A DNA stretch of 64,000 nt, from NCBI GenBank assembly GCA_903822075.1, contig CAIJNK010000011.1:504-64503 (forward strand). The letters run 5' to 3'. A program made the position numbers and the translations under genes. This DNA comes from an uncultured bacterium (GTDB lineage Bacteria; Patescibacteriota; Minisyncoccia; Phycocordibacterales; GWA1-40-21). This document shows positions 32,643 through 42,053 of this stretch, piece by piece. Positions within the stretch are counted from its first letter, which is position 1. Every line of letters begins with the position of its first letter. The notes under the pieces were generated by a model. That model worked only from the letters and a program-made list of their open reading frames with translations. It was not told the DNA's origin and made no database searches.

Positions 32643-33287
32643 TTACTTAGCAGTGTGGACGGTTATCTTGGCCGATAGGCCGTTTATGAGCTCCGGATAC
32701 TTGGCCACATCAAAACTGACCTTGATATTGAAATTACGGACTGGTCGTTTATCCGAGATGGAAAATACCACGCTGTTATCATTGGAGGTCGGGCTTATCT
32801 CAGACACCACGCCTTCGTAATTTTTCCCCGGAAAAGCATCGACAGTAAAAGTCGCGCGCTCTCCGATCTTTATGACATTTAAACCTTTAGTTTCGTCGAC
32901 AGCTCCCACCACTTTCATTTCTTGATTATCGATGACAGAAACCACAGTTTGTCCTGGCGCGAAATAGTTGCCAATTACCTGTGCGGCGTCGGCCACTATC
33001 CCGGCGGTCTTGGTATAAATAATTTGTGAACCCACCAAGGCCACCGGCGAATTAGCTGAAACTTTTTCGCCTTCAGTCACATAGAGGGCATTAAGAATTC
33101 CGGCAGTCGAACCGGACAGATTTATCATCGGCGCTTCCAGATACGAATTTTCCACCAGAACGGTATTCCGGCTGGCTTGCCAAAAAAGAAAGATCGCTAG
33201 TGAACCAAATATCACCACTATGGCAATGAGACTTTGCAGCCAAGGTTTTTTAAAGATACTTGTTTTATTTGTCTGTTCTATCTCCAT
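32643..33287 (-). CDS. HlyD/EmrA-like adaptor (no alpha-hairpin)
   Basis: N-terminal TM, lipoyl halves, 'VDAFPGKNYEGVVSEISP'. Confidence 0.8.
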   Translation of the reverse strand: MEIEQTNKTSIFKKPWLQSLIAIVVIFGSLAIFLFWQASRNTVLVENSYLEAPMINLSGSTAGILNALYVTEGEKVSANSPVALVGSQIIYTKTAGIVADAAQVIGNYFAPGQTVVSVIDNQEMKVVGAVDETKGLNVIKIGERATFTVDAFPGKNYEGVVSEISPTSNDNSVVFSISDKRPVRNFNIKVSFDVAKYPELINGLSAKITVHTAK

Positions 33288-33292
33288 TGTAT

Positions 33293-34372
33293 TTATTGAT
33301 TAACGCTGCCAGTAAATTCCATCGCTGGTGTATTAGGGACGGCAATTTGTCCCTGACTGACGTAGACTGCAGTGACCACACCATCTCCCGGTGCGACGAT
33401 AATGGTGTTTTCATAAGTGGCGCGAGCAATCTGCAGAGCACCGGAAGCACTGTCCACTTGGGCCTGGGCCGCCGCCACATCCTCCGGTCGAGCCGTTGAA
33501 ACCAAAGCGGTCAACGAAGCGTTAGCTTGATCAAAAGAAGCCTGCGCCAAAGCGATGGCTTGATTCTTAGTCTGTAAAGCCAACTGATAAGCACTGTTAT
33601 TGGCATTATAATTTGCAGCATTTTTGTTTGGTATATCAACACTAAATTCCACGCTAGCCAAAAGCTGTTTGGTTTTATCAAAAGACAAAAATAAGCCGCA
33701 GGTCCCAAGCGGCCGCGGAACATCGGTGATAAACAGCGTCCCCGCCTCGAGACCGGAATAATTTACCGAAATACCGCCACTCGAGCTATAAGTCTTTAAA
33801 GTGTATGTACCTTCATTTTTACATCCATAAGTTCCCGAAACCGTAGGGGCATCATTGGCTCCAAAGTCACTGACACTTTGAGCCTGGAGAGAAGAGTTTA
33901 ATAAAGTTCGATAAGCATTGTCCACTAATATTCCCTGCTGTTTGGTGACTTCATCCAAATTAACTTTAGCCACATTTACGGCGGCGCGAGCCACATCAAC
34001 GGCTGTCCCGGTTGCCCCATTCACGATTTTTTGATAATTAGCGTTAGCTGTTTCGTAAGCCGCCTTGGCCTGAACCAGAAGGCCGGAAGCGTTTCCGGCA
34101 TCAAGGGAAGCCAAAACATCGCCCTTTTTGACTTTATCGCCAACTTTAACGGAAACCAGATTTATCCGCCCGGCGGAGAGAAAACCGAGAGAAATATTTT
34201 TAGTGCTGGAAGCGGTCAGGGCTTGAGTCAGCGATTCGGTATCCGTGTAAATTCCAGTTGCGGTCTTATTAATTTGCCAATAACCAGCCACACCAATAAT
34301 AATGGCGGCCGTTAAGGAAACACCGATGACTTTTTTGGGCTGATTCAGAAATGAAATAAAAATATTTTTCAT
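33293..34372 (-). CDS. HlyD/MFP-like adaptor with long coiled coil
   Basis: 'VKVGDKVKKGDVLASLD', coiled coil, 'IVAPGDGVVT'. Confidence 0.8.
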   Translation of the reverse strand: MKNIFISFLNQPKKVIGVSLTAAIIIGVAGYWQINKTATGIYTDTESLTQALTASSTKNISLGFLSAGRINLVSVKVGDKVKKGDVLASLDAGNASGLLVQAKAAYETANANYQKIVNGATGTAVDVARAAVNVAKVNLDEVTKQQGILVDNAYRTLLNSSLQAQSVSDFGANDAPTVSGTYGCKNEGTYTLKTYSSSGGISVNYSGLEAGTLFITDVPRPLGTCGLFLSFDKTKQLLASVEFSVDIPNKNAANYNANNSAYQLALQTKNQAIALAQASFDQANASLTALVSTARPEDVAAAQAQVDSASGALQIARATYENTIIVAPGDGVVTAVYVSQGQIAVPNTPAMEFTGSVNQ

Positions 34373-34378
34373 ATGATG

Positions 34379-34804
34379 TTATGCGGTTATGATGATTTTA
34401 ATAATACGCTCCAGTGTTCTTCTATCCTTTTGATTCAATTTATGTACCATCTGGTTTAGGATTGACTCTTTGTTTTTTGAAATTGAAATAAAATTATTCT
34501 TCGTGGCACTGGTCAGTACGACAGAAACTATTCGTCGGTCTTTATCATTGTTAAGGCGACGAACCAGATTTTTTTTCTCCATTTCTCTGATTATTTCCGT
34601 CACGGAGGGCGGAGTAACCATGAGGTACTCGGCAATGCTTTTCATGGTTTTCTCACCAGAAACCCCGATAAAATTAAGCACTTCGATCTGAGAAAATGTT
34701 AATTCGTGCTTGATACCCTGACGTTTGATACTTTCCAGGATATTCCGTCTGAAATGAAGCAGTAAATCACCCAGATTTGTTTTTTTATCGTTATTATTCA
34801 TCAC
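34379..34804 (-). CDS. MarR-family regulator
   Basis: 'LTFSQIEVL', HTH, 'DKDRR' wing. Confidence 0.9.
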   Translation of the reverse strand: MMNNNDKKTNLGDLLLHFRRNILESIKRQGIKHELTFSQIEVLNFIGVSGEKTMKSIAEYLMVTPPSVTEIIREMEKKNLVRRLNNDKDRRIVSVVLTSATKNNFISISKNKESILNQMVHKLNQKDRRTLERIIKIIITA

Positions 34805-34815
34805 TTGTTTGTTTG

Positions 34816-34863
34816 CCTAATAGTTAGGTAAACTAAGTATATTCCATTACCATATTCTGTCAA
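34816..34863 (-). promoter_or_regulatory. marR promoter with palindromic operator
   Basis: TTGACA-N16-TATACT; inverted repeat TAGTT-N5-AACTA (34821..34835) at the transcription start. Confidence 0.55.
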
Positions 34864-34869
34864 GATAGT

Positions 34870-35985
34870 TTACAAAGTCCTCGCGATCAGTGCCGGAGTA
34901 GCGGTGGCGTTTTCCACCTTAAACCTTATCTCCCCCAGCATCTGACCGGAAACAGTCTCTACTCTTACTCGCCACAAGCCTGGTGCGACAACATGTTCAA
35001 AAGAATACGTGCGAAAGCCTCCTTCCCTCCCGCCGGTAATCGGCAGATCGATCTTGGCCTGATTCACCCAAGTTTTCTTTGTCTCATCGTAATACTGCCA
35101 TTGATGAATAATTTTAGTCACAAAGTTTGCCGGTGAAAAGACGGCACTAAAAACGTACACGGTGTCGCCGGCGATATTATGAAAAACGGGATAGCGGTTA
35201 AAATAATCGGTCCATAACTTTTCTTCGCCTACCGCCGTATAGTTACCATCAGCGGTTCTGGTAATTTCATGATAAACACCTGAGGCTTTAATCGCCAGCG
35301 GTATAGGAGGAATGATATTCAAAAAATACAGAGCGTTCATCAGGATAAAAATACTGGCCAGACTTATTTTTATATAATTATGGCTGTTCTTAAATTTCTC
35401 CAAGGAAAATTTTCTAAGCAGGAGAGTAAATATGAAAATAACCACCAGACTCAAGACCCCGCTCAGGACAAAAAGGTCAGCGCCAAGACGATGGAATAAA
35501 ACTGGCAGAGCAAAAATCAAAAAAAGGTATAGCGATAGAAAAAGAACGCTGATTTGAAAGGTCAACCGAGTGTAATTTTTCTTCCACAGCTCATTACCAA
35601 AAAGCAAGACAAGTAAAAGCAGAATAAAAAGCCAGCTATCGGAAAATGATGTGCTACGCAAGTAAAAAACAAAGAAGGTAGAAAATAGGCCGCCAAAGGC
35701 AAACTGGATGATTAGAGTCAGAAAAAAGTAAAATTTTTCACGTTCTACTGCCGGTAGATTTTTTTGTTCGGCTTTATTCTCGTAATAAGTCAGAGCCAAG
35801 ATGCCAAAACCAGCGACCAGTAAGTGAATAATAATCCAAAAGTTTTCCAACCACATATCCACCCGCGTCAGGGTGAGCGAAGTAAAAATAAAACCGTAAA
35901 TCAAGCCGACGGGTGAAATCCATTTCTCAAATCGCTTATAAAAATCGCCAAATTTATCCAAGATCATTTGGCTATATATTATCAT
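34870..35985 (-). CDS. DUF2914-domain membrane protein
   Basis: Multi-TM N-terminus plus 'GGREGGFRTYS...GLWRVRVET..GQ'. Confidence 0.8.
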   Translation of the reverse strand: MIIYSQMILDKFGDFYKRFEKWISPVGLIYGFIFTSLTLTRVDMWLENFWIIIHLLVAGFGILALTYYENKAEQKNLPAVEREKFYFFLTLIIQFAFGGLFSTFFVFYLRSTSFSDSWLFILLLLVLLFGNELWKKNYTRLTFQISVLFLSLYLFLIFALPVLFHRLGADLFVLSGVLSLVVIFIFTLLLRKFSLEKFKNSHNYIKISLASIFILMNALYFLNIIPPIPLAIKASGVYHEITRTADGNYTAVGEEKLWTDYFNRYPVFHNIAGDTVYVFSAVFSPANFVTKIIHQWQYYDETKKTWVNQAKIDLPITGGREGGFRTYSFEHVVAPGLWRVRVETVSGQMLGEIRFKVENATATPALIARTL

Positions 35986-36076
35986 AAAATTTTTAAATAA
36001 AAAAAGCGTGGAGCTCGAGGATTGTTTTCACAACCCTACAAACTCCACACTCATCAGGACCAAAGTCCCTAAGGCA

Positions 36077-37252
36077 TCAAGCGGCAGTCGTTTCGAGTGC
36101 TCCCGCTGCGTCATTAAAGACACCGATCACCCACTCGGATGATTTCAGAAGTTCACCGATGGTATCCCCGTGCCGACAGAAACGGGCATCGAATTCAACT
36201 TCGAGCGGCAGACCAGTCATGGCTGACCAGCTCACCCCGGCCCGAATCGTAGCCACCTGATCTTCCACCCACTCCGGCAGACCTTGACCCGGCAAAAAGT
36301 CATTGTCCACGTACTGCGGGAAGTCACCGATTGGCGTACCGCCCTCCACGGACAAGAGCTTGGTAAAGTTCACTCCACCAAGACCGCCGGAATTCAGATG
36401 AATCCGCCCGCCAAAAACGTTGGCGGAAATTGCCTGATTCATGGCGTCCACGAACTTCTGACCGCTACCGCGACTGTGGCAGAACTCTCCCTGCCACTGC
36501 GCAATGTGACCGCCGTAACGAGTGTTGATCTCGTTGATCCCCTTGATCTCCAAGGTAGTGTCCGTGAACACGTCAATGTAGCAGGGATCACCGGCCGGCT
36601 TACCTTCAATGAGAAGGTTTGACCCGTCAATGAAGCCAAACTTCAGGGCGTCCGCCAGAGCGCCACTCAGACCATCGATGATCGTGCGCCACTCTTCGAG
36701 CTGCGGGTTAAGATCATGCCCGAGAAGAACGTTGTCCCCACTGATGACACGACCCCAACGGATTCCATCCGGACCGGTCCAGTAGATCACGCTGCCTTCA
36801 TGTCCTTCCATCTTGACCCGTCGCGAAGCCATAAAGCTCAGGACCATCATGTCATGAGCCAACTGACGTCGTTCGGGATCCGGATTAATGAAGGCGCCAT
36901 AGTCACTCCCCGGCAGACCAAACCCAGGCGGAATAATCCGCCCAATCCGAGGGTAACTACCGGCATCAGCTCCTTCCATCCACTCGTCGAGGCTAATCGC
37001 CCGGGGATTATTCCATTTGGCGCTTTTGCCGACCTGAGTATCTTCCGTCGGCACACACAGTTCATGCCACCAATGTGCCGACACGGCAATCGTAATGCCG
37101 TACTTGGCCAGGAGCACCTCGTTCAAAGCAGCAATCGCTGCCAAGGCTTCCTTCATGGTTGTGAAGCCACCGGCCGTCGGATTCCCGAAAGCCATAATCT
37201 GCTTCAACATATGCCAACTGCCCACCAACAATTTCAATACGGGTTTATGCAT
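36077..37252 (-). CDS. Xylose isomerase-like TIM-barrel sugar isomerase
   Basis: 'GAFINPD', 'YWTGPDG', 'IEGKP', 'EFCH', 'IHLN', 'VDND', 'EFDAR' parallel XylA/RhaA metal-site motifs; start MHKP at 37252 with SD GAGGAG. Confidence 0.7.
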   Translation of the reverse strand: MHKPVLKLLVGSWHMLKQIMAFGNPTAGGFTTMKEALAAIAALNEVLLAKYGITIAVSAHWWHELCVPTEDTQVGKSAKWNNPRAISLDEWMEGADAGSYPRIGRIIPPGFGLPGSDYGAFINPDPERRQLAHDMMVLSFMASRRVKMEGHEGSVIYWTGPDGIRWGRVISGDNVLLGHDLNPQLEEWRTIIDGLSGALADALKFGFIDGSNLLIEGKPAGDPCYIDVFTDTTLEIKGINEINTRYGGHIAQWQGEFCHSRGSGQKFVDAMNQAISANVFGGRIHLNSGGLGGVNFTKLLSVEGGTPIGDFPQYVDNDFLPGQGLPEWVEDQVATIRAGVSWSAMTGLPLEVEFDARFCRHGDTIGELLKSSEWVIGVFNDAAGALETTAA

Positions 37253-37350
37253 GTTTCTCTCCTCTTCCTTGTTTTTCTTTTTTCTTCTTTCCCATCCAAA
37301 CAAAACCAAATCACAGCAGAAAAATCAGTGCTTCACCTCCATATTTTATA

Positions 37351-37405
37351 ACTCCCCACCTCATGTGAAAGAGCGCTTATCTGGGGAAAAAGCTAACATT
37401 AATTT
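37351..37405 (-). repeat. 55-bp perfect repeat (-10 box plus leader), copy 1
   Basis: Identical to 39458..39512. Confidence 0.9.
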
Positions 37406-37440
37406 AGGCGCTTGGCAAATTTTGATTGTAAAAATAACAA

Positions 37441-37472
37441 TAAAAAAACGGGTAGAGATTACTCTCTACCCG
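37441..37472 (-). terminator. fucI terminator
   Basis: CGGGTAGAGA-GTAA-TCTCTACCCG plus T7; paralog at 52765..52796. Confidence 0.8.
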
Positions 37473-37501
37473 CGCGTTGAGTATTACCTCATTGCTTCGT
37501 A

Positions 37502-39362
37502 TCAGCCGTACACCGGTCCCAGTTTCTCGCAGGCGCGGAAGTCATTCCCGCCGCAACGATCCCAGAACGTCGGCCGGAAGATATCCGCCTTCGGTATGTT
37601 GTGCAGATCCACCGGGATGCGCAACATAGCATTCACCGTGATGAGATCCCCCCCGATCAGACCGACGGAGTTCGCATCATGATTAGGCCCGATCTGTGTC
37701 ATATAGTCATATGACGACATGTCCCGCGGTTTCCAAAACGACTCTGGCCAAGTGCCGTCAGTAACCCGACTGATATGGTCCGCCACCTTTATGGGCAGCT
37801 CCACCGTCTCACCTTCCACCACGGAACAAGTCAGCATGTCGCCGGCCATGTTGTAGCGGTAGGCGGTCATCGGAATGTCACCCGGTGTTCGGTAATGACT
37901 GGACAAACCATCACCCGGAAAATACTCCAGGTTTGCCGCCATGTACTCTGTATGTGTTGTCGCTCGCTTCACGAGCTCATGCTGTAGATCCGTATTACTA
38001 CGAAGTACAGCCATGGACTGTTGAATTGTCAGATCCTTGAGGCCGGTAAACTCCCGCACCAGACTCAGAACGTCAATACTGTAATCGAGCGCCCCAGCTC
38101 CGGAATTACGTTTGTCAATGAGCCCTTTCGGACACACCGCACTCACGTCAACCCCAGTGGCTTTTTGGATACTCGCAACCGTCCAGTTCGTCCTGATGTC
38201 GGCAAAGAGCTGTGGCATGCCACCACTCAGCAAAGTTGCCATCATCATTCCGAGCCCGTTTTTGCAGTCATTTTCCGTGGCCACAGTGTGCGGCGCGCGG
38301 AAACCATTCCAATCAAACGAACTGCAGAGTATGGACTCGGTCAGATCGAAGTTCGGATACAAGTCCGTCCAATCGCGCTGCCCTTGAGTCCCGGCCGCAA
38401 TGGCGTTGAAGCCCTGGGCGTGTTCCACATCAGCCTTGAAACCTTGCTTCCTGCCCACTGTCGGATTAGCCAAGAGAGGATTCCCGATCATCATATCTCT
38501 GACAATCAGGGTCATCTTCAAGCAATCCCGAAGCAAAGCTTCCGTCACTTGCGGTCGAGCCTGCTGTGCCGGAATTGGCGCCCAGTTGAAACGGAATTGG
38601 TCCTTCATGAACATGCAGGCCCTCTCGAGCTCCTCGTGATCATAAAAACCGCGATCCATTCGTCCCCGGATAGCCACCATGTCCACGGATTTGGTCCCCA
38701 ACCCAAAATATTTGAGCATCGTATTTCGGTCAACGTCCGAACCAATGATACCCATGGACACCCCGCCAACGGACAAGTAATTCTTGCCCCGGATCTCGGC
38801 CACCGCCGCCGCACACCGAGCAAAACGGAGCAGCCGTCCACGCACATACGGCGTAAAGTCGTCTGCCTCGTCTTCCAGGTTTTCATTATAGATGCAGAAG
38901 ATCGGACGCTTTTTCTCGTCCATCGCCGCACAGAAGGCCTTGAGTTCCACCGCGCCCGGTCGGTCGGTCTGATTCAAGCCGTAAGCCGCAAACTGCCATT
39001 CCGAGCTGCCCAAGCCCATAATCGCGCTCATAAGTTCGTCACTATAGGCCCAAGACCGGCTCACAAAAATGACAGACGACACGCCGGCCTTTTGGAATTT
39101 GACTTGGGTTAAAGCGCCGGACCGCACACCGTACACAATCTCCGGCGCCACGACAGTCTGCACCCTTGTCCCATCGGGCAAGAACACATTGTTCGCAATG
39201 AGATTGGCCACCTTATCAGCCAACGCCCACGTTGCCACCGAGTTTGCCTCAAAGGCACCCGTCCGCCACTGGCACGATGCCAATAGTGGGAATTGTGCCA
39301 ACAAGCATTCGGTTTGTCACCGTAAACGTTCTCGGAATTATTATTTCACCTGTCTCGCTCAT
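37502..39362 (-). pseudogene. fucI: L-fucose/D-arabinose isomerase with a frameshift near codon 35
   Basis: Catalytic motifs 'ATEND', 'FADIRTNW', 'PNH'; the N-terminal 'PTIGIVPVADG' lies in another frame (39249..39362). Confidence 0.8.
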
Positions 39363-39457
39363 TCTTCTGTCCTCTTTTCTTTTTTCTACCGGTTTGAGAT
39401 TACAATCAAAAGCAAAAAACGCCAACAAAATATCTTAAGTTTTCCTCCTTTGTTTTG

Positions 39458-39512
39458 ACTCCCCACCTCATGTGAAAGAGCGCTTATCTGGGGAAAAAGC
39501 TAACATTAATTT
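39458..39512 (-). repeat. 55-bp perfect repeat (-10 box plus leader), copy 2
   Basis: Identical to 37351..37405. Confidence 0.9.
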
Positions 39513-39642
39513 GACATTATGGCAAATCTAAAAAATATTATTATATATTTTTTGTCGAAATTTTGACATAAAAAAACCGGCGTCAGAGTGACTGCCGGTC
39601 CGTTCCCTCTAAAAGAAAGAACTATATTTTCGCCTGCTGCGC

Positions 39643-39900
39643 TTATTTCTGCGGAGCGGCGCCGGTGGTTGCCGCCCGGTGCTTCCGATAGGAGCTCAGA
39701 ATGCTCCGACCGGCCGCCCTGACCGCCGATGATCCCTTACCGGTCTTGACCCAGTCCGTGAAGGCCAAGCCTTCGGACTTCACTTCTTCGAGGGTCGTGC
39801 TGATGGCCTTGCCCACTTGGCGTTTGGCCCCTGCCCACTCCCGCCCGATCTGTCCTCCACATCCTGCGCCCGCCGTTCCGGTCCCTGTTTTCGTTGCCAT
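39643..39900 (-). CDS. Small basic Gly/Ala-rich hypothetical protein in a stand-alone unit
   Basis: Purine-rich SD, promoter at about 39945..39973, terminator at about 39571..39599. Confidence 0.6.
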   Translation of the reverse strand: MATKTGTGTAGAGCGGQIGREWAGAKRQVGKAISTTLEEVKSEGLAFTDWVKTGKGSSAVRAAGRSILSSYRKHRAATTGAAPQK

Positions 39901-40046
39901 GGTACCCTTTCCTTTCTCTATTGTTACTTACCGACTGAACCTAGACTATACCATACTTTACAATTTTATGCAAATAAAAGCGCCCACTGATTCATCATCA
40001 AAATGGGCGCAGTCTCTTCGATAAAGAACTCCTCCTCAGCTCTGCA

Positions 40047-41042
40047 TTATGTCACTATGTCCCGCTCGTGGAAGGTACCATTCAGATGATCCTCTTCCAA
40101 TGACAAGGACTGGAACGACTTGGGATGCTCCAAGTTGAACTCGGCCACATGGCGCCGGTGATTGGGGTTGAACCCCGTATCCAGCACCTGTTTCATCAGA
40201 GCCCCAAACTCGGCGGTCTTCTTGACCTCCGTGGACATCGCATGCTTATCAAGCGGTATGTCCATAACGATCCGTGACCCCGAGAGTTTACTTCCGTCAT
40301 CCTGGTCTGATGTCCAGTACTGCGACAAGACGAGTAGACGTGAAGACAGGAAGACCGCTTCCTCCAAATCATGAGTGACAAAGATGACCGTCATCTTATG
40401 TTCCTCCCACAACTGTGAAATCAGCACCTGCATATCTTCACGCGTTCCCGGATCCAGTGCCCCAAACGGCTCGTCCATACATAACACCTTCGGCATGCCG
40501 AACATGTCAATCGTGACGAGGGTTTGAGCGATGGCCACCCGCTGCCGCATTCCGCCGGAAAGTTCCTGCGGATATTTATTTGCGGCGTCGGCCAGGCGCA
40601 TACGTTCCAGATATTTCATCGTGATCAGGTTGGCTTCCCGACGCCACTTTGGACGCCAGAGGTCATGGAGGTCCGCTTGGAACTCCAATCCCAGCCGAAC
40701 GTTTTTGGCCACCGTCAGATTCGGCAGCAGGGTGTATTGTTGAAACACCACCCCGCGTTGCTTATCCGGGAAACCGACCGGCCGACTAAAGACGTCGAAG
40801 TGCTTGGCCTGCTGGACCCTCTCTTGTCCAGTGATGAGCCTCAAGAGTGTGGACTTGCCACAACCCGAAGGTCCCACCAGACAAATGAATTCACCAGACT
40901 CCGACAGCAAATCGATATTCGTCAGCACCCGTTTGGTTCGGCCCGTTTCCGTATCCGGATAACCGTGATACGCGCTCTCGATGTGCAGAGCTTCCTCCCC
41001 GGTGATAACCGGTTTTGCTTTTACGCCATTTGTTCCGTTCAC
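40047..41042 (-). CDS. ABC transporter ATPase (nitrate/sulfonate/TauB-like)
   Basis: GPSGCGKS, LSGGMRQR, LCMDEP, VTHD; GTG start 41042 after AAGGAG. Confidence 0.92.
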   Translation of the reverse strand: MNGTNGVKAKPVITGEEALHIESAYHGYPDTETGRTKRVLTNIDLLSESGEFICLVGPSGCGKSTLLRLITGQERVQQAKHFDVFSRPVGFPDKQRGVVFQQYTLLPNLTVAKNVRLGLEFQADLHDLWRPKWRREANLITMKYLERMRLADAANKYPQELSGGMRQRVAIAQTLVTIDMFGMPKVLCMDEPFGALDPGTREDMQVLISQLWEEHKMTVIFVTHDLEEAVFLSSRLLVLSQYWTSDQDDGSKLSGSRIVMDIPLDKHAMSTEVKKTAEFGALMKQVLDTGFNPNHRRHVAEFNLEHPKSFQSLSLEEDHLNGTFHERDIVT

Positions 41043-41052
41043 GTTTGTCTCC

Positions 41053-41892
41053 TTACTTGTCCTCGGGTTTGTACCAAGGGAAACATTTTCGGCGAATGAT
41101 CTGTAACACCAGGTCCATGCTATACGCAATGGCTGAGATGTACAGTACATACGGGATGATCAGAGACATGTTCATGTATCGCTGTTGCAAGTAGATGCGA
41201 TAACCCAACCCTTCGGTCGAGGCCACCGCTTCCGCCGCAATAACGAATATCCAAACCTGTCCCAAATTTACCCGCACCAACTCAATCAACTGGGGCAGTA
41301 TCTGTGGAGACACTACCCGAACGACAATCTGCGATTGCGACGCCCCGAGAGTTTGTGCCTTGACGATCAACTCGTTTGGCACTTTCTCCACGGCTTGTTG
41401 GATGCTCCGCACTAACGGTATGCCGACACCGAATACAATGAGGAAGATTTTCGATCCCTCACCGATCCCCATAAAAACCAAGATGATTACCAAAATGGCT
41501 AATGGATTGATGTTCGAACACAACGTTAAGATGGGTGTAAAAATGGATTTGGCACTGGGGAACACCCCAATAACCATACCCAGAATATAACCCAGCACGG
41601 CCGACACCCCAACACCAATGCCTAAACGGCAAAGGCTCGATTTAGTATCCGTCCAAAACAAGACTTGCTCAGTTCGTTTATCTGGAACCGTAGCTATCTC
41701 CTTCATGGACTCATACATCTGCGACGCTCCAGGCATGAGCTTGTCCTGCGGATTATCCACGTGCCGAATGTACGACGCCGTAAAATATCCGCCAATCAAG
41801 AGGACCAGAGGCAAAAGCCCCAGCACCCTCGAGAACACCGGCCCTGGTCGGGCATTGATGCCCCAAAACATTGGAATTCTAACCTTTTTCAC
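41053..41892 (-). CDS. ABC transporter permease (SsuC/TauC-like)
   Basis: Multi-TM, EAA-like 'AQTLGAS', 'IAAEAVASTEGLGYRI'. Confidence 0.9.
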   Translation of the reverse strand: MKKVRIPMFWGINARPGPVFSRVLGLLPLVLLIGGYFTASYIRHVDNPQDKLMPGASQMYESMKEIATVPDKRTEQVLFWTDTKSSLCRLGIGVGVSAVLGYILGMVIGVFPSAKSIFTPILTLCSNINPLAILVIILVFMGIGEGSKIFLIVFGVGIPLVRSIQQAVEKVPNELIVKAQTLGASQSQIVVRVVSPQILPQLIELVRVNLGQVWIFVIAAEAVASTEGLGYRIYLQQRYMNMSLIIPYVLYISAIAYSMDLVLQIIRRKCFPWYKPEDK

Positions 41893-42053
41893 GCTATTTT
41901 CTCCCTTCCTTTCATACTTCTGACAAAGTGCCCCTACCCTAAATATCTCAATACATTATACACAAAAATTACTTCTTGTCAAGGACTCAGGCATAAAAAA
42001 GCTCCCCCGTTTTCTTGGGGGGAGCTTACGCTCGAACTTGAGCAGAAGGGCTC

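Noticed and set aside
38021-39112. 363-aa plus-strand ORF
   Set aside because: Antisense to fucI with a non-protein-like composition.
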